A stretch of 63,997 nt of DNA, counting the filler, from Streblomastix strix (taxonomy: Eukaryota), in the NCBI GenBank assembly GCA_008636045.1. It is 4 parts of 4 records of this genome, joined end to end, with 100 filler letters (N's around TTAATTAATTAA, not from the genome) between each part and the next. Parts side by side here need not be neighbours in the genome. Positions count along the whole stretch, not along the records: positions 48,274 to 63,997 come from SNRW01000946.1; 3 more parts are not named here. One strand, 5' to 3'. The first letter of the stretch is position 1. Each line of letters starts with the position of its first letter. Under the pieces are notes generated by a model. The model made no database searches, had not been told where the DNA came from, and saw nothing but the letters and a program-made list of their open reading frames with translations. Made by a program: the position numbers and the translations under genes. Below are positions 49,280-63,580 of the stretch, one piece after another.

Positions 49280-52200
49280 TATTATTATTATTATTATTAT
49301 TTATTATTATTATTATTATTTCAGTTGAGGGCCTCCGTCTGATGCTTGAGTAAGGACTATTTCATCGGTTAAATATTTATTATCTTATACTAATAATTCT
49401 GTTAATAGTAATCTATTTCATTTTCCATAAAAATTTATTTTACATTTTTTTTACTTTTATATTTATTTTAGAAATATTAAAGAATAAAACATTCTTCTCC
49501 ATAGTCCAATTGGATCAAATAGTGTGGTGTGCAAAAAATAACATTATATAATAAAAAAATTATTTTATTGAAAAATATTTAAATTTTTTATTACATTATT
49601 TATTGTTTTGATATTATTATAAAAAAAGCAAATCAAAATTTCAGATTTTAATCTAGTTAAAGCCAAAAATGATGACAAAAAGACTACAGTTACTACAGTT
49701 GCAGGGTATATTTAATAATTAATCTGTTTTAAATTAAATCTGAAATATATTAAATAATATTTTAAATGAGTATTTTTATTCCAATTTATAAATATCTTTA
49801 TTTTTGAATATATATTAATATTAAACATTAGAAATCTTCCATTCATGCCTCCTGAACTACTGCTTGGGGCAAATGAAGAAGGCGATCAAACGAAAGCTGA
49901 TTCTAAAGTATAAATAGTAATTTATTTTATTATTTTAATTTATTTATTTTAATTTGAATTTTAAAATATTTTGTTTTTTAATTATAATTTTTTTTTGCTA
50001 ACTAATTATTTGAATTTATTTCCTTCATTTAAAATTAATCTACTGTCTGTGCAGGTTGATATTTGGGCTTCTGGAATAATTCTCCATCATCTTGTAGCTC
50101 ACTGCTTCCCTTTCAAATCAACAAATTTATTAGCAATTAATAAGTTTGAAAATATATTATTTATAATAATTTAATTTAGTAATTTTTTATTTTAAATGTA
50201 AATTTATTATAATCTTTTTATATTAATATAATAAATAATTTATTTTTCATTTTGATTTCATATTATCGAACAGATTCATGAAGTCCCAGAGATTAGATCG
50301 ACCTATTACTATCAAAGATAACATTGTTTGGGATTTGATAACCAAACTTCTGACATTCGACCAGAAGAAAAGGATTTCTGCTTCAGATGCATTGAATCAT
50401 CCTTTCTTTACAGGTGCACAAGCAATTAAAGAAATCTCTCCACTTTCTATTCAACTTGCACAAACGGCTCAATAAGCAAAACAAAAAGGAGATAAAAGTG
50501 TTACTATTTATGATGTTGAACCTTCATTCTCTCTTCATATTAATGAAATCAAAGATATTGTCAACAGAAATCCTGAAGTTGAAATGGCTGAAATTCAAAA
50601 ACAGCTCAAACAATCATCTTCTTCCAAAGTATAATCTGTATAATAATCAACAATGAAGGCAATAACACAATAAACTTCAATTCCACAAGTTAAATAGAAA
50701 TAAATATCAAATATAAATTAATCTCCTTAATAACTTAATCATGAACAGGAAATATAATTATCTCTTCCTCCTACCAAACTAATTTCACTTGATTAATTAA
50801 AATAAATTTAATAATAATTATAACCTTTGAATGACATAGATAAATCCTCTTTAGAATTATTCAACTAACTTTCAAATGCATTATTTGCAGTTCGTTCAAT
50901 TCAATCATTAGACTCATAAGAATAAGAAGGAATATCAGAAGAAATGAATAAAATAAATTAAGAAATAATTGAAAATACTTCAAAAATAATATATAATATA
51001 ATAAACTCAAAAGAAGATGTTGATTTAGCTTCGCAAACAAATATCATTATTGAATTAATTGATTTAATCAAAAGAACTGCAATTGATAAATTAACTAAGT
51101 CAATAATTGGAGCACTGGGAATAATTTGTGGATTTGGGTCATCTTAGTTTTCTCATCAATTATAATTAATAGAAATATTTCAAATTCTTACTACTAAACT
51201 GAAGATTGAAAATTAAGGTATTAAAGAATTAATTCTTTTTAATCTCATTAATATTATTTTTAAAGGATGGTATTAACTTTAATAACAATCATCTTCTTAA
51301 TCTCAACCATCATCTCAATCTCAATCTCATTCATATTAACATCGTAATCCTTCTCTTCCTAATCCTTAATTGGGTTAATTAGAATAACAGAAATAATCTT
51401 CTTCATCTTAATCTCAATCTTAATCTCACTTACAATAACTTCTTAATCCTTCTCTTCCTCATCCTTATTTGGCTTAATTAGAATAATAATAAATAATAAT
51501 AACAATAATATAAGATGTAATTTTGAATGATGAAACTGATATGGAGAATAAGGAGATTGCTTGTGAACTTCTTAATGTTCTTTATCCAGAAGGAATCAAA
51601 CTACCAATCAACCTCAAACCACTAGTAATCAAAATGTTTTGTGAATAATCATAATCTGAAGATAATGATAATAGAAAATATTCATTAATGTCACTGTCCT
51701 AATTAGCAGTTAATTAAGATAATCATGATTTAATTATTTCAGAAGGAGCAGTTGAAACTGTATCTGATTATATTAAGTATGAAATATTTATAAATATTTG
51801 AATTTATAGAAAATTTAATTATTATTTCATTATAATATATTCAATTATAATTTATTTTTCATTATATTATTAGGAAAAAGTCAGAATTAGCTATTGATTA
51901 TAGGACATTCATTATCTCTCTTGATTTTCTTCATAATCTCTTCATATTTGGCTCAAAATAAACATAACAAATTATATAAAATTCGATATCAAAAGAAACA
52001 CTTAATAAAGTTATAAATTATGAAGAAGTCAAATAAGTATTAGGTGCATTTGCAAATCCAGATAAAATTAAAGAAATTGTAAAAATTGGGAGAATTATAT
52101 AAAATAGAAGTGAAGAATAATTAATTAAATTAATAAAATCAGGATTATTACAGATGACAAATGATATGATTTAAAGTGCGATTTCAAGAGAAGATGGAGA

Positions 52201-53166
52201 AATAGAAATAATTAGTATTAATAAGAATATATTAAAGCAGCTAATGAATGATTAAGACATGATAAAAGTAATAATAAATAAAACTAAATTCTATGAAAAT
52301 TATTTGCATCTTCTTAACTCTCTTCCTCTCAATAAATTAAAATCTGGATATTTATATATTCTGTATGATAATATTCAAGAGTTAACAATTGAATTAAATT
52401 AGAAATTATATGAAAAAGGAATAATTCAATCAATGATAAAAATATTGGAATCTTAAGATAAAGATGTCAGAGAAAAATCAAATGATATAATATTAAATAT
52501 AATTAAAACAGGAGCAAATGAATTGGAAGAAGGATAATAACATCCATATTATAATTAATTATCATCAGATGGAACAATATCATAATTAATTCAATTATTC
52601 AAAAATGAAGATGAATCAATTTTACAAACTCATATTGCATAAACATTTGCATATCTTTTCAGAACACTACCGCTTCCTCCTATTATTAGAAAAGATATCA
52701 TTGAAGAACTCAAAATTGTATCTCATTTTGAATAACTTGCATTTCTTGCTGAAAGTTAAGGTATTCAAAATTAATTTATTTTATTAATTATTTTTTATTT
52801 AATCATAATTAACAGCTGTTTTCATTTTTTTATTTTTATTATTTTATTTATTCAATAGAAAATCTTGATGCAATTTTGGAAGAAAACTATGAAAGTAAAC
52901 GATTTTAACATGGATTTTACTCAATTGAATATCTTTAACTCATATATAATCTTCTTAAATATGGATCGAATTCAAATAAGATAAAAGTTGCCTTGGCTGT
53001 CAAAGATAAAGTCGAAAGATTATTGGTTGATGAATATTTGGAAGAATTTAATAATAGTATGCAATATGAATTTTTGAAATTGAACGATGATGAAAAATTA
53101 AAAATAAAAGACAAAGCAACAGAAATAATTGCTTTGATAACAACAATTATGGGATAATAAATATGA
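48274..53166 (+). CDS. Kinase-fold (probable pseudokinase) + Q-rich linker + ARM-like repeat protein, multi-exon, 5'-truncated
   Basis: Exons give NPFVLKYF...MEYANLG|SLNNII...FHR|NIKEQNILLHSPIGSNSV|QIKISDFNL...FMPPELL...VDIWASG...KKRISASDALNHPFF, then repeats including EGQQHPYYNQLSSDGTI...LAFLAESQ|ENLDAIL; TGA at 53164-53166. Confidence 0.8.
49251..49320. repeat. Intronic (TTA)n microsatellite, imperfect
   Basis: About 23 TTA units immediately before the ttcag acceptor at ~49324. Confidence 0.8.
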
Positions 53167-53321
53167 AAGATAGGAATATTGATTAGTAACACGATCATAT
53201 AAAAGATAAAATATAGCATGGATGCTAGAGAAGAAAAGTAATTATAGATTTAAAATATCACTTTAATGAAATAATTATTAGTGATTTATATATTTTTTGA
53301 GTATTTTTAATATTTTATTAT

Positions 53322-53636
53322 ATTATTTTTATTCTATATAACTTTATTTTTATTCTGTAGAGTTTTATTTTTATTCTGTTGAGCTTTATTTTTATTCTGT
53401 GGAGTTTTATTTTTATTCTGTAGAGCTTTATTTTTATTTTGTAGAGCTTTATTTTTATTCTGTAGAGCTTTATTTTTATTCTGTTGAACTTTATATTTAT
53501 TCTGTAGAGCTTCATTTTTATTCTGTAGAACTTTATTTTTATTTTGTAGAGCTTTATTTTTATTCTGTAGAGCTTTATTTTTATTCTGTTGAGTTTTATT
53601 TTTATTCTGTAGAGCTTTATTTTTATTCTGTAGAGC
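53322..53636. repeat. 21-bp minisatellite, ~15 copies (TTTATTTTTATTCTGTAGAGC)
   Basis: Direct head-to-tail tandem array with point variants and no spacers; it explains the periodic track ORFs 53318-53515 and 53399-53650. Confidence 0.92.
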
Positions 53637-53879
53637 TTTTTTTAATATAATTAATGGAACTTATTGCCTTTTATTTTGGAGTGCTTTTTATATCCTTCTT
53701 CTTATTTTTTTTTTCTATTTTGTCTTCACTAGTTTTCTTTCATTATTAATCCAATACTAAATTTATCACATCAATCCTGATAGTCAATCTTTCTCTTACT
53801 ATCTATTCAATTTTATTTGTTTTCATTTATTTTTATTTTATTGTTAATAGAAATTTTGAAAATCTAAATTATTCGTGAA

Positions 53880-56800
53880 TATATATTCTTTAGGTTTGAG
53901 AATAAAAGAACCATATAAATAAAAAGGAAATAAGAAGAATTTAATTGAACCTTGAGCCGGAATTTATTTTAATTTAATAAATAGTAGATATCATTTATAG
54001 ATTCTAGTTTTATATAGACATTTCCTCTAATTTAGAATGCATATCCAGATCTTCGGAAATGAACTTTAGATTGAACATTTTTTTATTAACTTATTTTCCT
54101 ATTACCCTGTTTCTAAGTGTAACGAGGGTAATGATTTATTATCTCAGTACTTCCAACCCTTATACATTATCTAACATTTATATTCAATAATAATTACTAC
54201 TCATATAAGCAATGCCTTTCAGGACTAAATGTAGCCTATTCATTTTCGCAGAAGTAGTAGAATCAATTCTGAGATAAACCAGAAAATATTTATAAATCAA
54301 AATACTTAATTAGAGCGACGACATCCTTCTAATACACTAAGACAAACTATTATTCAAAATATAAAGAATAGAAAAAATGCGAACATTAGAATAGTTCGGA
54401 TGGACAATAACAACAGAAAAATCTGAAACAGAACCGAAATAAAAAATTATATTATTAAGATAGATATGGAACCTGAAGGAAATGAATATAAAAATGTCGG
54501 AAGAATGAAAACTGAAATGGAAACAGACATTGAAAGATTGCTGCAATACCATATATAAGAATAAAAACGTGAAGATATGATAACTAGCAGGGCTGATAGG
54601 CAGATTAGATTTCAACAGATCCTAGATTGAAGATGGGTCTCTTTACTTCTAGTATTTGGTCAAATATAAAACAAAAATATTAGAGACAAAAACATGGGAC
54701 GAAATTATAATAGTTTACAAAGGAGTGATTTCAGAGTTGAAGATGAAGATAAGTAAAATTCGAAATAATTAATCAGATTCTCTTATTAATAAAGCAACAA
54801 CGTGCCTAAAACCAACAGACGAATTTTCACAATACAATGGAGAGATATTGATATATGAAAACCAAATTGAGTTTATATAGCACGATAGTTACAATCAGAA
54901 GGAGAGAATTGAAGATTAATGCAAAAGAATTCAAGGCTATTTGTTATGATCTACTTCGTTTTGAGCAAATATTTAAGATAATGGAAGAAAAAAGCTATTT
55001 TGATACGTCCAATCAACATAACAACAGTTTTTAATGTTAAAAATTGAAAGTGAAAGAATCTCAAAATGAAACTATTATGCATTTGTTTTCCGATATTAGT
55101 AGATGGTAATTATAAATCACCACCATCCATATCCCAGGAAAATTAAATTCCACGACAAACTCATAGTCTATAATGTGCAGATCTGAAAACTACAAACTGA
55201 AAAATCGAATAATTCAATTGATTTGTAAGAGATGGAATTACATGCTACAAATATACATTTTCGACGAAAAGTACAATAATAAACTAATCAACGATAATTT
55301 TAAAGTTGACTTAAACGATCTACAAATATACATCCATAATTCGTTCACCTATAAATGGAACAAAATCAAATTATACATACATTCTACATAACCAGTATTA
55401 ATTAGGATATTAAAGAAAATGAAATTATATAATGCAGAGGGAATAATAATAGCATCGATTTGGTCGGGACAATCGTGGTACACTAAACTCAAGAATGTAA
55501 GCACAAAATACATTTTTCTTGGATTATCAGATAGAATTCTGGAGTGTGGACAGAGAATGAAAGACAAGGATTAAAAACTTCCACCTGGCAATGTAGGCGT
55601 CTTCCTTCTGGACTTGTCGCAGATGTCGAGAGAGACGCACTAATGAGATGTATGAAGATGAGAGGATTTTCCGAAGATGGAATCAACCAACTATTTAAAG
55701 AACAAAGGTTTAATACAGTTAAAAGAGATTTCTACTCCCTAGCATTACTACAGGATTGGTCGGTCATAGAAAGAATAACAATTGAAGAAATGATGAAGAA
55801 AGACGCAGAAGTAATATTAACAGAAATAATTGCTTTCGAAACAAGATAAAACAACTCAGTTGCTTTAGCCAAAAATACATAAAGCTTGTCTAACAACAAT
55901 GTTATCCCTCAAATATAAAGAAAATTTTGCATATATCTATAATATCAAAATTGAATAATTAGGTATTTATAAACCTAACAGTTCCACATAGAAGATATTT
56001 AAATAATTGTAACTTCAAATTACTACTCTACCAATGTAGATAATCAAAACAAAACAAATACTTAAACAACTATGACGTATATTGGAAAATCGATTTTTTG
56101 TTGATATTAATAAGTTTCTTCAGATTTGTAATGAAAAGGCTGAAATTAGACTGAAATTCTTGAATGTTAATAAAACAAAAAGTCGAGTGTCATTAAGACT
56201 AGCACCCATATAATCAAACGCAATAGAAAAGTATGAAGTAAATAAAGCAGAAAACAAGAAGCTATGCTCAAAACTTGCAATATTTGAATGGTTTGATAGG
56301 CCTCGATATCAATTTCCGAAAGGAACAGATTTTTTTGTAGCATAAGGGTTGTAATAAACTTCCAGCTACAAAAGACTTCAAACTAAAACTTATAAAACTA
56401 TTAAGGCAACTGACGATTATAAGAGTATATGTATATTCAATACTGCATTCCACAATATCAGAGTCTGTAAAGCTATTAATCCCTGAAAGAGATCTCGCTA
56501 CATTTACGCATCACTCTTTAAACTCACCGGTTGCCTTAAAATTCTATCATTTTACATCTTCAATAAGAGCAAATGTTATGGCTACGTAGTTAACAAGTAA
56601 TCCAAGCCATGATACTGAAAGGTTAAACTAGGTATCTCAATAACGAGGAGTGATAAGGGTGGAGGGGGTAACAAATTATCATCCTTGTCTCAATTGGAGT
56701 CAGAGTAAAGATTTGAAAGCCAAATATCTCCTTATTTCACCTCTAGCACACCAAAAATGTGTATCCCAAGAAGAAGTGAACCAAAAATAAGGACAGAGTT

Positions 56801-56900
56801 CCCTAGAGATCTGAAAGATCGAACATTTAGAATGAAGCAGAATGTGGGCTTGTATATATGGAATGATAATGATGATACAAGGACGCCATTCTACCAAAGT
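53880..56900 (+). mobile_element. Decayed DIRS1-like tyrosine-recombinase retrotransposon (RT-RNaseH-MT, YR); boundaries approximate
   Basis: RT: AMPFRTKCSLFIF...ILNQSDDILLIHQDK (~54210-54345). RNase H-like: NAKEFKAI, IHIPGKLNS. MT-like: FTYKWNKIKLYIH...GIIIASIWSGQSWYTKL (~55345-55490). Overlapping YR ORF from ~55640 ends VYSILHSTISE...ATFTHHSLNSPVALKFY (~56430-56550). Many frameshifts and lost catalytic residues. Confidence 0.82.
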
Positions 56901-59900
56901 TGCTTTAGTTGAAAATAACGGATTATCAATAAAAAGACGTTTTTAAAGAGTGCATCGAAGAATATGAATTAGAAATATGTGAAGTAGTAGAATTAAACCA
57001 ATAATTCAATAAAGATTAAGTGATTATTGAAGCGTCAAAGCATTTAATTTTATGGTTTAATAGATTAAAAGTAAATAATATACTTATTCCATTATTATCT
57101 GCTGTATTTTTATGAATATTTGTTAATTCTTTTGCTCAAAAGATAAGGTGCGCTATTTTTTTAAGATTTTAATTGCAATTTTTTAACCACGATTTGTTAT
57201 TTTTCCTATTTGAGAAATTTTATAAACGAATTTTTAACTGTTGATTTAGTTTTATTCAAAAATTTTATTAATTTAATAAATATTTAACTATATTTTTAAT
57301 AACTTTAATCAATTTTTTTTCATAGAGTTTCTATTATTGAATTTTTTCCCAATCGGACTGTTATATTTTATATTTCTTCTTGTATTCCCTCGTTTTGCCA
57401 AACTCTCCCTAACGCGACTCAGATGCAATTTTATATTATTTCTGTAAAATTATTTTTTCTTTGTGAATTCATTCTTTCATTAAAAATGCCGCTTATTGAT
57501 TGGATTCCTTTATGTGCTCCGGCCATATTGGAGCCATAGTAGTATCTCAATAAAGAGGTATGATAATGAGATATAGAGATTACAAATCAATATCTAATTT
57601 AATTAATTTTACTAATCAACTTTCTAATTCTTTAACAATCGTCGCATTTACATTCTTTCTTTATATTTAAACTCGTAATTTGATTATTTTTAGTAAAAAC
57701 GGTAATTTTCCAATTCTTTCGAAAAAAATCCCCACAAGAGTTATATCTACAATTTAATTATAATGCATTAATTTGTGTGTTTGGTTTTTAAGAAGTCTAA
57801 ATTAATGATTATCCTGAATAGTTCAAACTTTCTCTTTATCTAGATGGAGAAAGTCGAAATTAATGAGATTTATTTAGATTTTAATATTATAATTTAGTCT
57901 TTGAAATTAAATATAAACTGAGATTTGAATTATTTTTGTTAGTACTTTGAAAAAATGGAAGTGTTTCAAAGGTTAATTAATAAATGTATGAACAGTTGGA
58001 TTGAATTTATGAATTTTGAATCAAAATAATTATACTTTTTTAAAAATAAATTATTCTTCCTTTTTTTATATATATACTTTAATAATTAACAGAGAAGGCT
58101 GAGTTCTTCAACAAGTTGTGCAAACAAATGAGTCAACTATTATTATAAATTATAAAAAAAACTATAAACATTAATCTCTGGTGAATCAGAAAATTTCAAT
58201 TATGGTAATGAAAATTAAGAATTTTAAATATTAAAAGAACAAAAATAATATCTGTAGAAAATTTTAAAGGAAATACTAACTCACAATATTTTACTTCTTT
58301 TTGCAAGAGTTTGAATGGAATTCCAAATTTATACAAAAAACTTCATAAAATATATCAAATTAAAAATTTTAATGTATTCTTTATTAGCTGAATCATTTTT
58401 TAAAATTGTTATTGTTCATCTTTATTTAAATTTTCCTTGATATTCAAATTATACATATTTTAATAAAAATTGCGCAACTAATTTTGTTTTTAAGATGTCA
58501 TTAATTATAAAATTCATTTAATTGATGATATAATTCTTTGAATGGGATAATAATAATCTTATCAATTGACCTTTATAATTGCGCGCTCTTTCAAATATAT
58601 AATTATTATCACAGTTGAAACATATTTTTTAGATTCAAACTACTGCTACTTGTGTTTAGATAATAATATAGAATGTTTTTTTAGAATATTATACAAGGAG
58701 TAAAAATATTTTGTATAATTATTTCAAATATCTAAAAGAATATTAAATAAATAAATATTAAAATATATTGAATATAATAATATATTAATAAATAATGTTA
58801 AATTTCTTCAAACAATTAAAATAATGAGTGAATGGAATTGTCTTAACTTGAACTCTCACTTGATAAAAAATCATCAGTTTATTTGTTTTCTGTTGAAAAT
58901 GAAGAAATTTAACAATAGTGTTATGCAAATTGTGAATGTAGTAACAAAATAAGTGAAAACAAATGTATAGAATATTTCTGTTTAAATGATATTATTTTTA
59001 CTGCGGCAAAATTCAATGAATTGGTAAATTAACCAGAAATTAATAAATAAAAAATGAAATAATCAATTTGATACAACTATTTATAAAATTTTTCCTTTAA
59101 TATTGAATATTTTTGCAAATATTTACAATATTAATTTTAAAAATATATAGTTATTTTAGCTTTTATGTAGCACACATTTCAATAATTTAAATAAAAAATT
59201 AATCCTTTAAAATATAGATGAAATTTACCAATTAAATTTAAAAAATAGTTCAGCTGTCTTGCGAGCTCATATAGCTTTCTTATTATAATTATCCTGGAAT
59301 TTCAAATAATATTTCAAGAAATTTTATTAGTTCAATTTTATTTTTGTTAAATTCTGATAAAATGTCCTCATTTCCTATAAAATTGATCAAAATTTAATCA
59401 ATATTAAAGAACAAATCATACAAAATTTATCAAAAATACAGTAAAATTTATTTATTTTTCATTTTAATTTTCAACTTTCGAAATATCGAATAAAATTGTA
59501 AATATTTATATATTTTAACTCACTTCTAAACTAATTCTTAAAAATCTATTACTAAAACTAATGTAATTAAAAAATTATTTATAATTATTTTTAATTTAAA
59601 TATTTGGAAATTTTTTTTATTGATTTTAATTTTTAATTAATAGAAATAAAAAATGTTTTTTTTTAAAATTATATTTAATTTCAATTTTTTTTAAATTTTA
59701 AATAATAAAAATTGTTGACTTTTCAATTCTGTCCAATTTATTAATTTCTGAAAAAGAAATAAATAATTAGAACAAAACTAAAAAATTAATATGAGAATTT
59801 AAATTATGCATCACAACATATGAAAATTAAATATAATGCTTCATTCAATATGCTCGCGATATACAAAAAAATTTGAGCATCTTGATATATTTTATAGTAT

Positions 59901-62900
59901 AAATATTTTCAATGTTTTAAAAAGTAGATATCCTAGTTATGATAAAGTAAAAATTATTATCTATTACGTAATAATTATTTCTGGACAGGAAAAATCGCAG
60001 AATTTAAGAATAAAACACACAATAAATTTTTTTTAAAATAATGTTTTATATACGATTATTAAATTATAATTGTAGCGATAATAAAAAAAAATAATACATA
60101 AAAAATTATAATATTACTGTAAACAATAATATGTTAGTAAAATGATGCTGAACTGTTTTCTTAACAAATTCAAGTTTATAACATTTTTCAATAAGAAAAA
60201 TTAACTTAAGTTCTAAGGTAAGAATATAATCTTAATTTTATGAATATTTGGAAGAATAAAAAATAATGCATAAGTAACCTAATGGACAGTTATTTGAGTA
60301 AAAATTTTCTTGCTTTTATAACTAATTTTGTTTAAATTAAAGTTTTATAGTATTAAACTTAATTATTTTCAAGAATTATTATTTTAATAAGATAAATGAT
60401 AAATTTCACATCCAAAGATTGGGGTATAAAAAAAATTATTTATAGAATCTATAAATAATCTCAAACAGTCAATTAAAATTTCATATCAATTTTTGTTAAT
60501 TCTGAATTATATTCTGAGCTTAATTTTTTTTTTATAATAAATAATTAGCACTCAACTTTTTATTTTAATTAATTTAAATAAAAATTAAAAAAATACTTGG
60601 TTTATCGATAATTACTAAATTATTATCAGTAAACTACAATTTCAGATTATTCATTTAGTAAAATTGAACAATAATCTATTAAAATATCTAAAATTACCAT
60701 CAAAAATTATATTTAGATTCATTGGAGAGAATATTATTTTCGCCAATTACTGATATATACAAATTTTCTGCGTTAAAAAATAAATCGTTGTTTAATATTT
60801 ATGTTTTATAATAATAATTAAGATTTAATAGTTAATTTCAAACAAATTTTTTGATTAAAACATAACTTAATGGTAATGAAGAAGAAAAATGTGTGTGTTG
60901 AAATCAAAACTTAACTTTTGAATTACAAAATTCAATAAATTAAATTTCAATATTTTTATGAATTTTGAAGTTTATTTATGAAATGAATGCAAATTTTATT
61001 ATAATAGACTAATATTGATACATACTTTAAAGGTTTTCTAAAAAGCATTTGAAAAAGTAGAATTATTTTTTGGATTTTAAGAATTATATTATTTTGTTGA
61101 AATAAATTTGAAAAATATTTACTATTGTATTAAAATTAAAATATAATTTATGAAAATATTTATTTTTGAATTGGTTAAAAAGTAAAGTTTTGACTTCTCC
61201 TAAAGGTTTTGATTTCATTAACAATTGTTATTGCATCCAAATGAGCCAAGCTCGTTTTGATTCATATGACGCGGAATTGCTTATTATAATTGTTTAAAAA
61301 TTATCTTACTATTATATATCATTTAATTATTCAAATATTTTGTTCGTTATATTGTTCAGAAAAAAAAATAAAGAAATAATTGCATCTAATTACAATTTTA
61401 TGTTTAAAGATACCGATTCTAAAATGATCTATTGTAAAACAAGCGTTTATATAGTAATGTTTTATAAAATATTAACTTTTTTAAAAATTATTCTTAATAA
61501 ATATTTTATATTTCTTGCAAAATGTTAAACAATACTAACTCTGAGGTGAATACGTATTAGTTAAAAAATAAAATGTCGGTTTTCTAAAGATTATGACTTG
61601 CAAAAAATTAATCTAATTTTTCAACATTTTCATCATCATATTGTATTGCCGTTTTCATCCTCATCATTTACTACTTTTTCGCAAAATTTCTATTCGTGGC
61701 ATAAAATAATTTAATAAAAGTTATAACTTTTCCAAATTAATCAAAGCCTTAAAACTATATTGGACTCATTTTCACACACAGAAAAAATATTTTAGAAATA
61801 TTATACCTAGGGATGGTCCATCTGGCGCTCTTTTGGCGCACAGGCGCCAACTTCAATGCACCCGGTTAAGACCAATTTTTTCTATATACACTTATTTTAT
61901 ATATAAACTTTATACACGGGCATAATCTAATAAAACCTTAATAAACCAGATAATGTATTTCTCTTTATTCAAATATATTTATTAATAAAAATTTGCTTTA
62001 ATGTTTTAGTTTCTGCAATTCCGAAAAATATAGATAAGTGATGGAAATAATTATGATATAGTTGAAGAATTAGAGAAAATCATAACAATTTGCATTTTTC
62101 TCAACATACAACTATTAAAATTTCATAATTCGATAAATTTCATTGTAAATATAATATCTAACACATAAAAATTATACTAATAGACATATAATCCTATTAT
62201 AACAAAATTATTTTTGAAACGTGTTTTTATTGTCAATTACCAATAAAATAACATTTTTAAATATTATTATAAAAGTTGAAATAATATATGTTTATTATAA
62301 TTTTAACATTTTGATATTTTATTTATCAATTCTTTCAGGACAGTCAAAATTAGAGAAAACTACAAACACTGCAAAATGAATATATTTGATATAAAAAATA
62401 ATTTAAAAAGAAGGATATGAAATGTATCAATGAAATAATTATGTTAAAACTGTTTTATATCTACATATTATATCTTAAAATACTAAAATTTTTATGTGTT
62501 ATATATAGTTGAAAAAATTAGTCAGAGTGAATGGAGAAAGAATGTAATAATTACTATTTTCTTTATTATATAGTATGCCCATATATTATAAAATAAAGTT
62601 CAGTAATACTATCATGAGTATTAGATTAGCGAAGACTAAGAAGCGATCTTAATTATATGGTATAATAACCATTTTTTTTATTATATTAATTTTTAATATT
62701 ATTATAAGTAGAACTATAATGATTGATTAAAAAGTAATTTATAGGAGATGGAGAAAGTAAGAATAAATGATAAATATACCTTATAACTGTCTGATATGTT
62801 TATTTTATCATATGAATTAAATATTTTAATTTTTATTATAAAATTAGTATTTTATTTACATAATTAATTGTAAGAAATGTTTATTTTCATAAGATTTATA

Positions 62901-62944
62901 TTAAATTAATAAAAAAATTTAATATTATATTATATAGTGTAATA

Positions 62945-63580
62945 CCAATTTGAACTCAATTTAACTTTCTGTCTTATTCCGTTTCTTTACTGCTTCTTCT
63001 ATGGTTTTCTACCTCCTTTAAATTACATTATCTTTTTCTTTACTGAAATCTTCTTCTTATTTTACCTAGTTATATAATAATTATAATATATATAAATATT
63101 ATGTGATTATCATAATGTCATTAATAATAATATATTAACATTAGATTTAATTTAATATTCAGAATATATAAATACCTTCTTTAGGATGTCCAGCTTCTCC
63201 TGTTCACTCCATCTAGATTCATCTTATATAGCTATGATCCCTTTTCTATATAAATTTATAAATATAATATAATATTTGTATTTATTTATTTATTTAACTA
63301 CTAATCAATACAATTTATTCATATATAATATTTTTTAACTTATTTAAATTACCTGTATTATGCATTCTCATCATCATTTCTCTTGATCTCTTTCTCAAAG
63401 AAGGCAATTTTAACCTTCAAATCTGAATTCTCATTTTATAACTATATAATATAATAGATTAAAGAATAAATACAAAATAATATTAAATACATAATAATTT
63501 TAAAAATAAAATAAAATCAATTAACAATATTAATATACCTATTCCAATACATCCTCCGTTTTCTTATCTGAATAATCCAT
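62945..63580 (-). CDS. 5' exons of a spliced coiled-coil hypothetical gene; 3' end not determined
   Basis: Short minus-strand exons with GT donors: MDYSDKKTEDVLEQ| LQNENSDLKVKIAFFEKEIKRNDDENAQYR| KGIIAIQDESRWSEQEKLDILKE| QEEDFSKEKDNVIQRRQKTIEEAVKKRN. Confidence 0.5.

Noticed and set aside
53322..53636. Possible CRISPR-like array
   Set aside because: Units are head-to-tail with no unique spacers and no cas genes; eukaryotic context.
61806..61872. GC-rich island as tRNA or other ncRNA
   Set aside because: No cloverleaf or T-loop/D-loop motifs; it is flanked by a splice-donor-like site, so an exon remnant is more likely.
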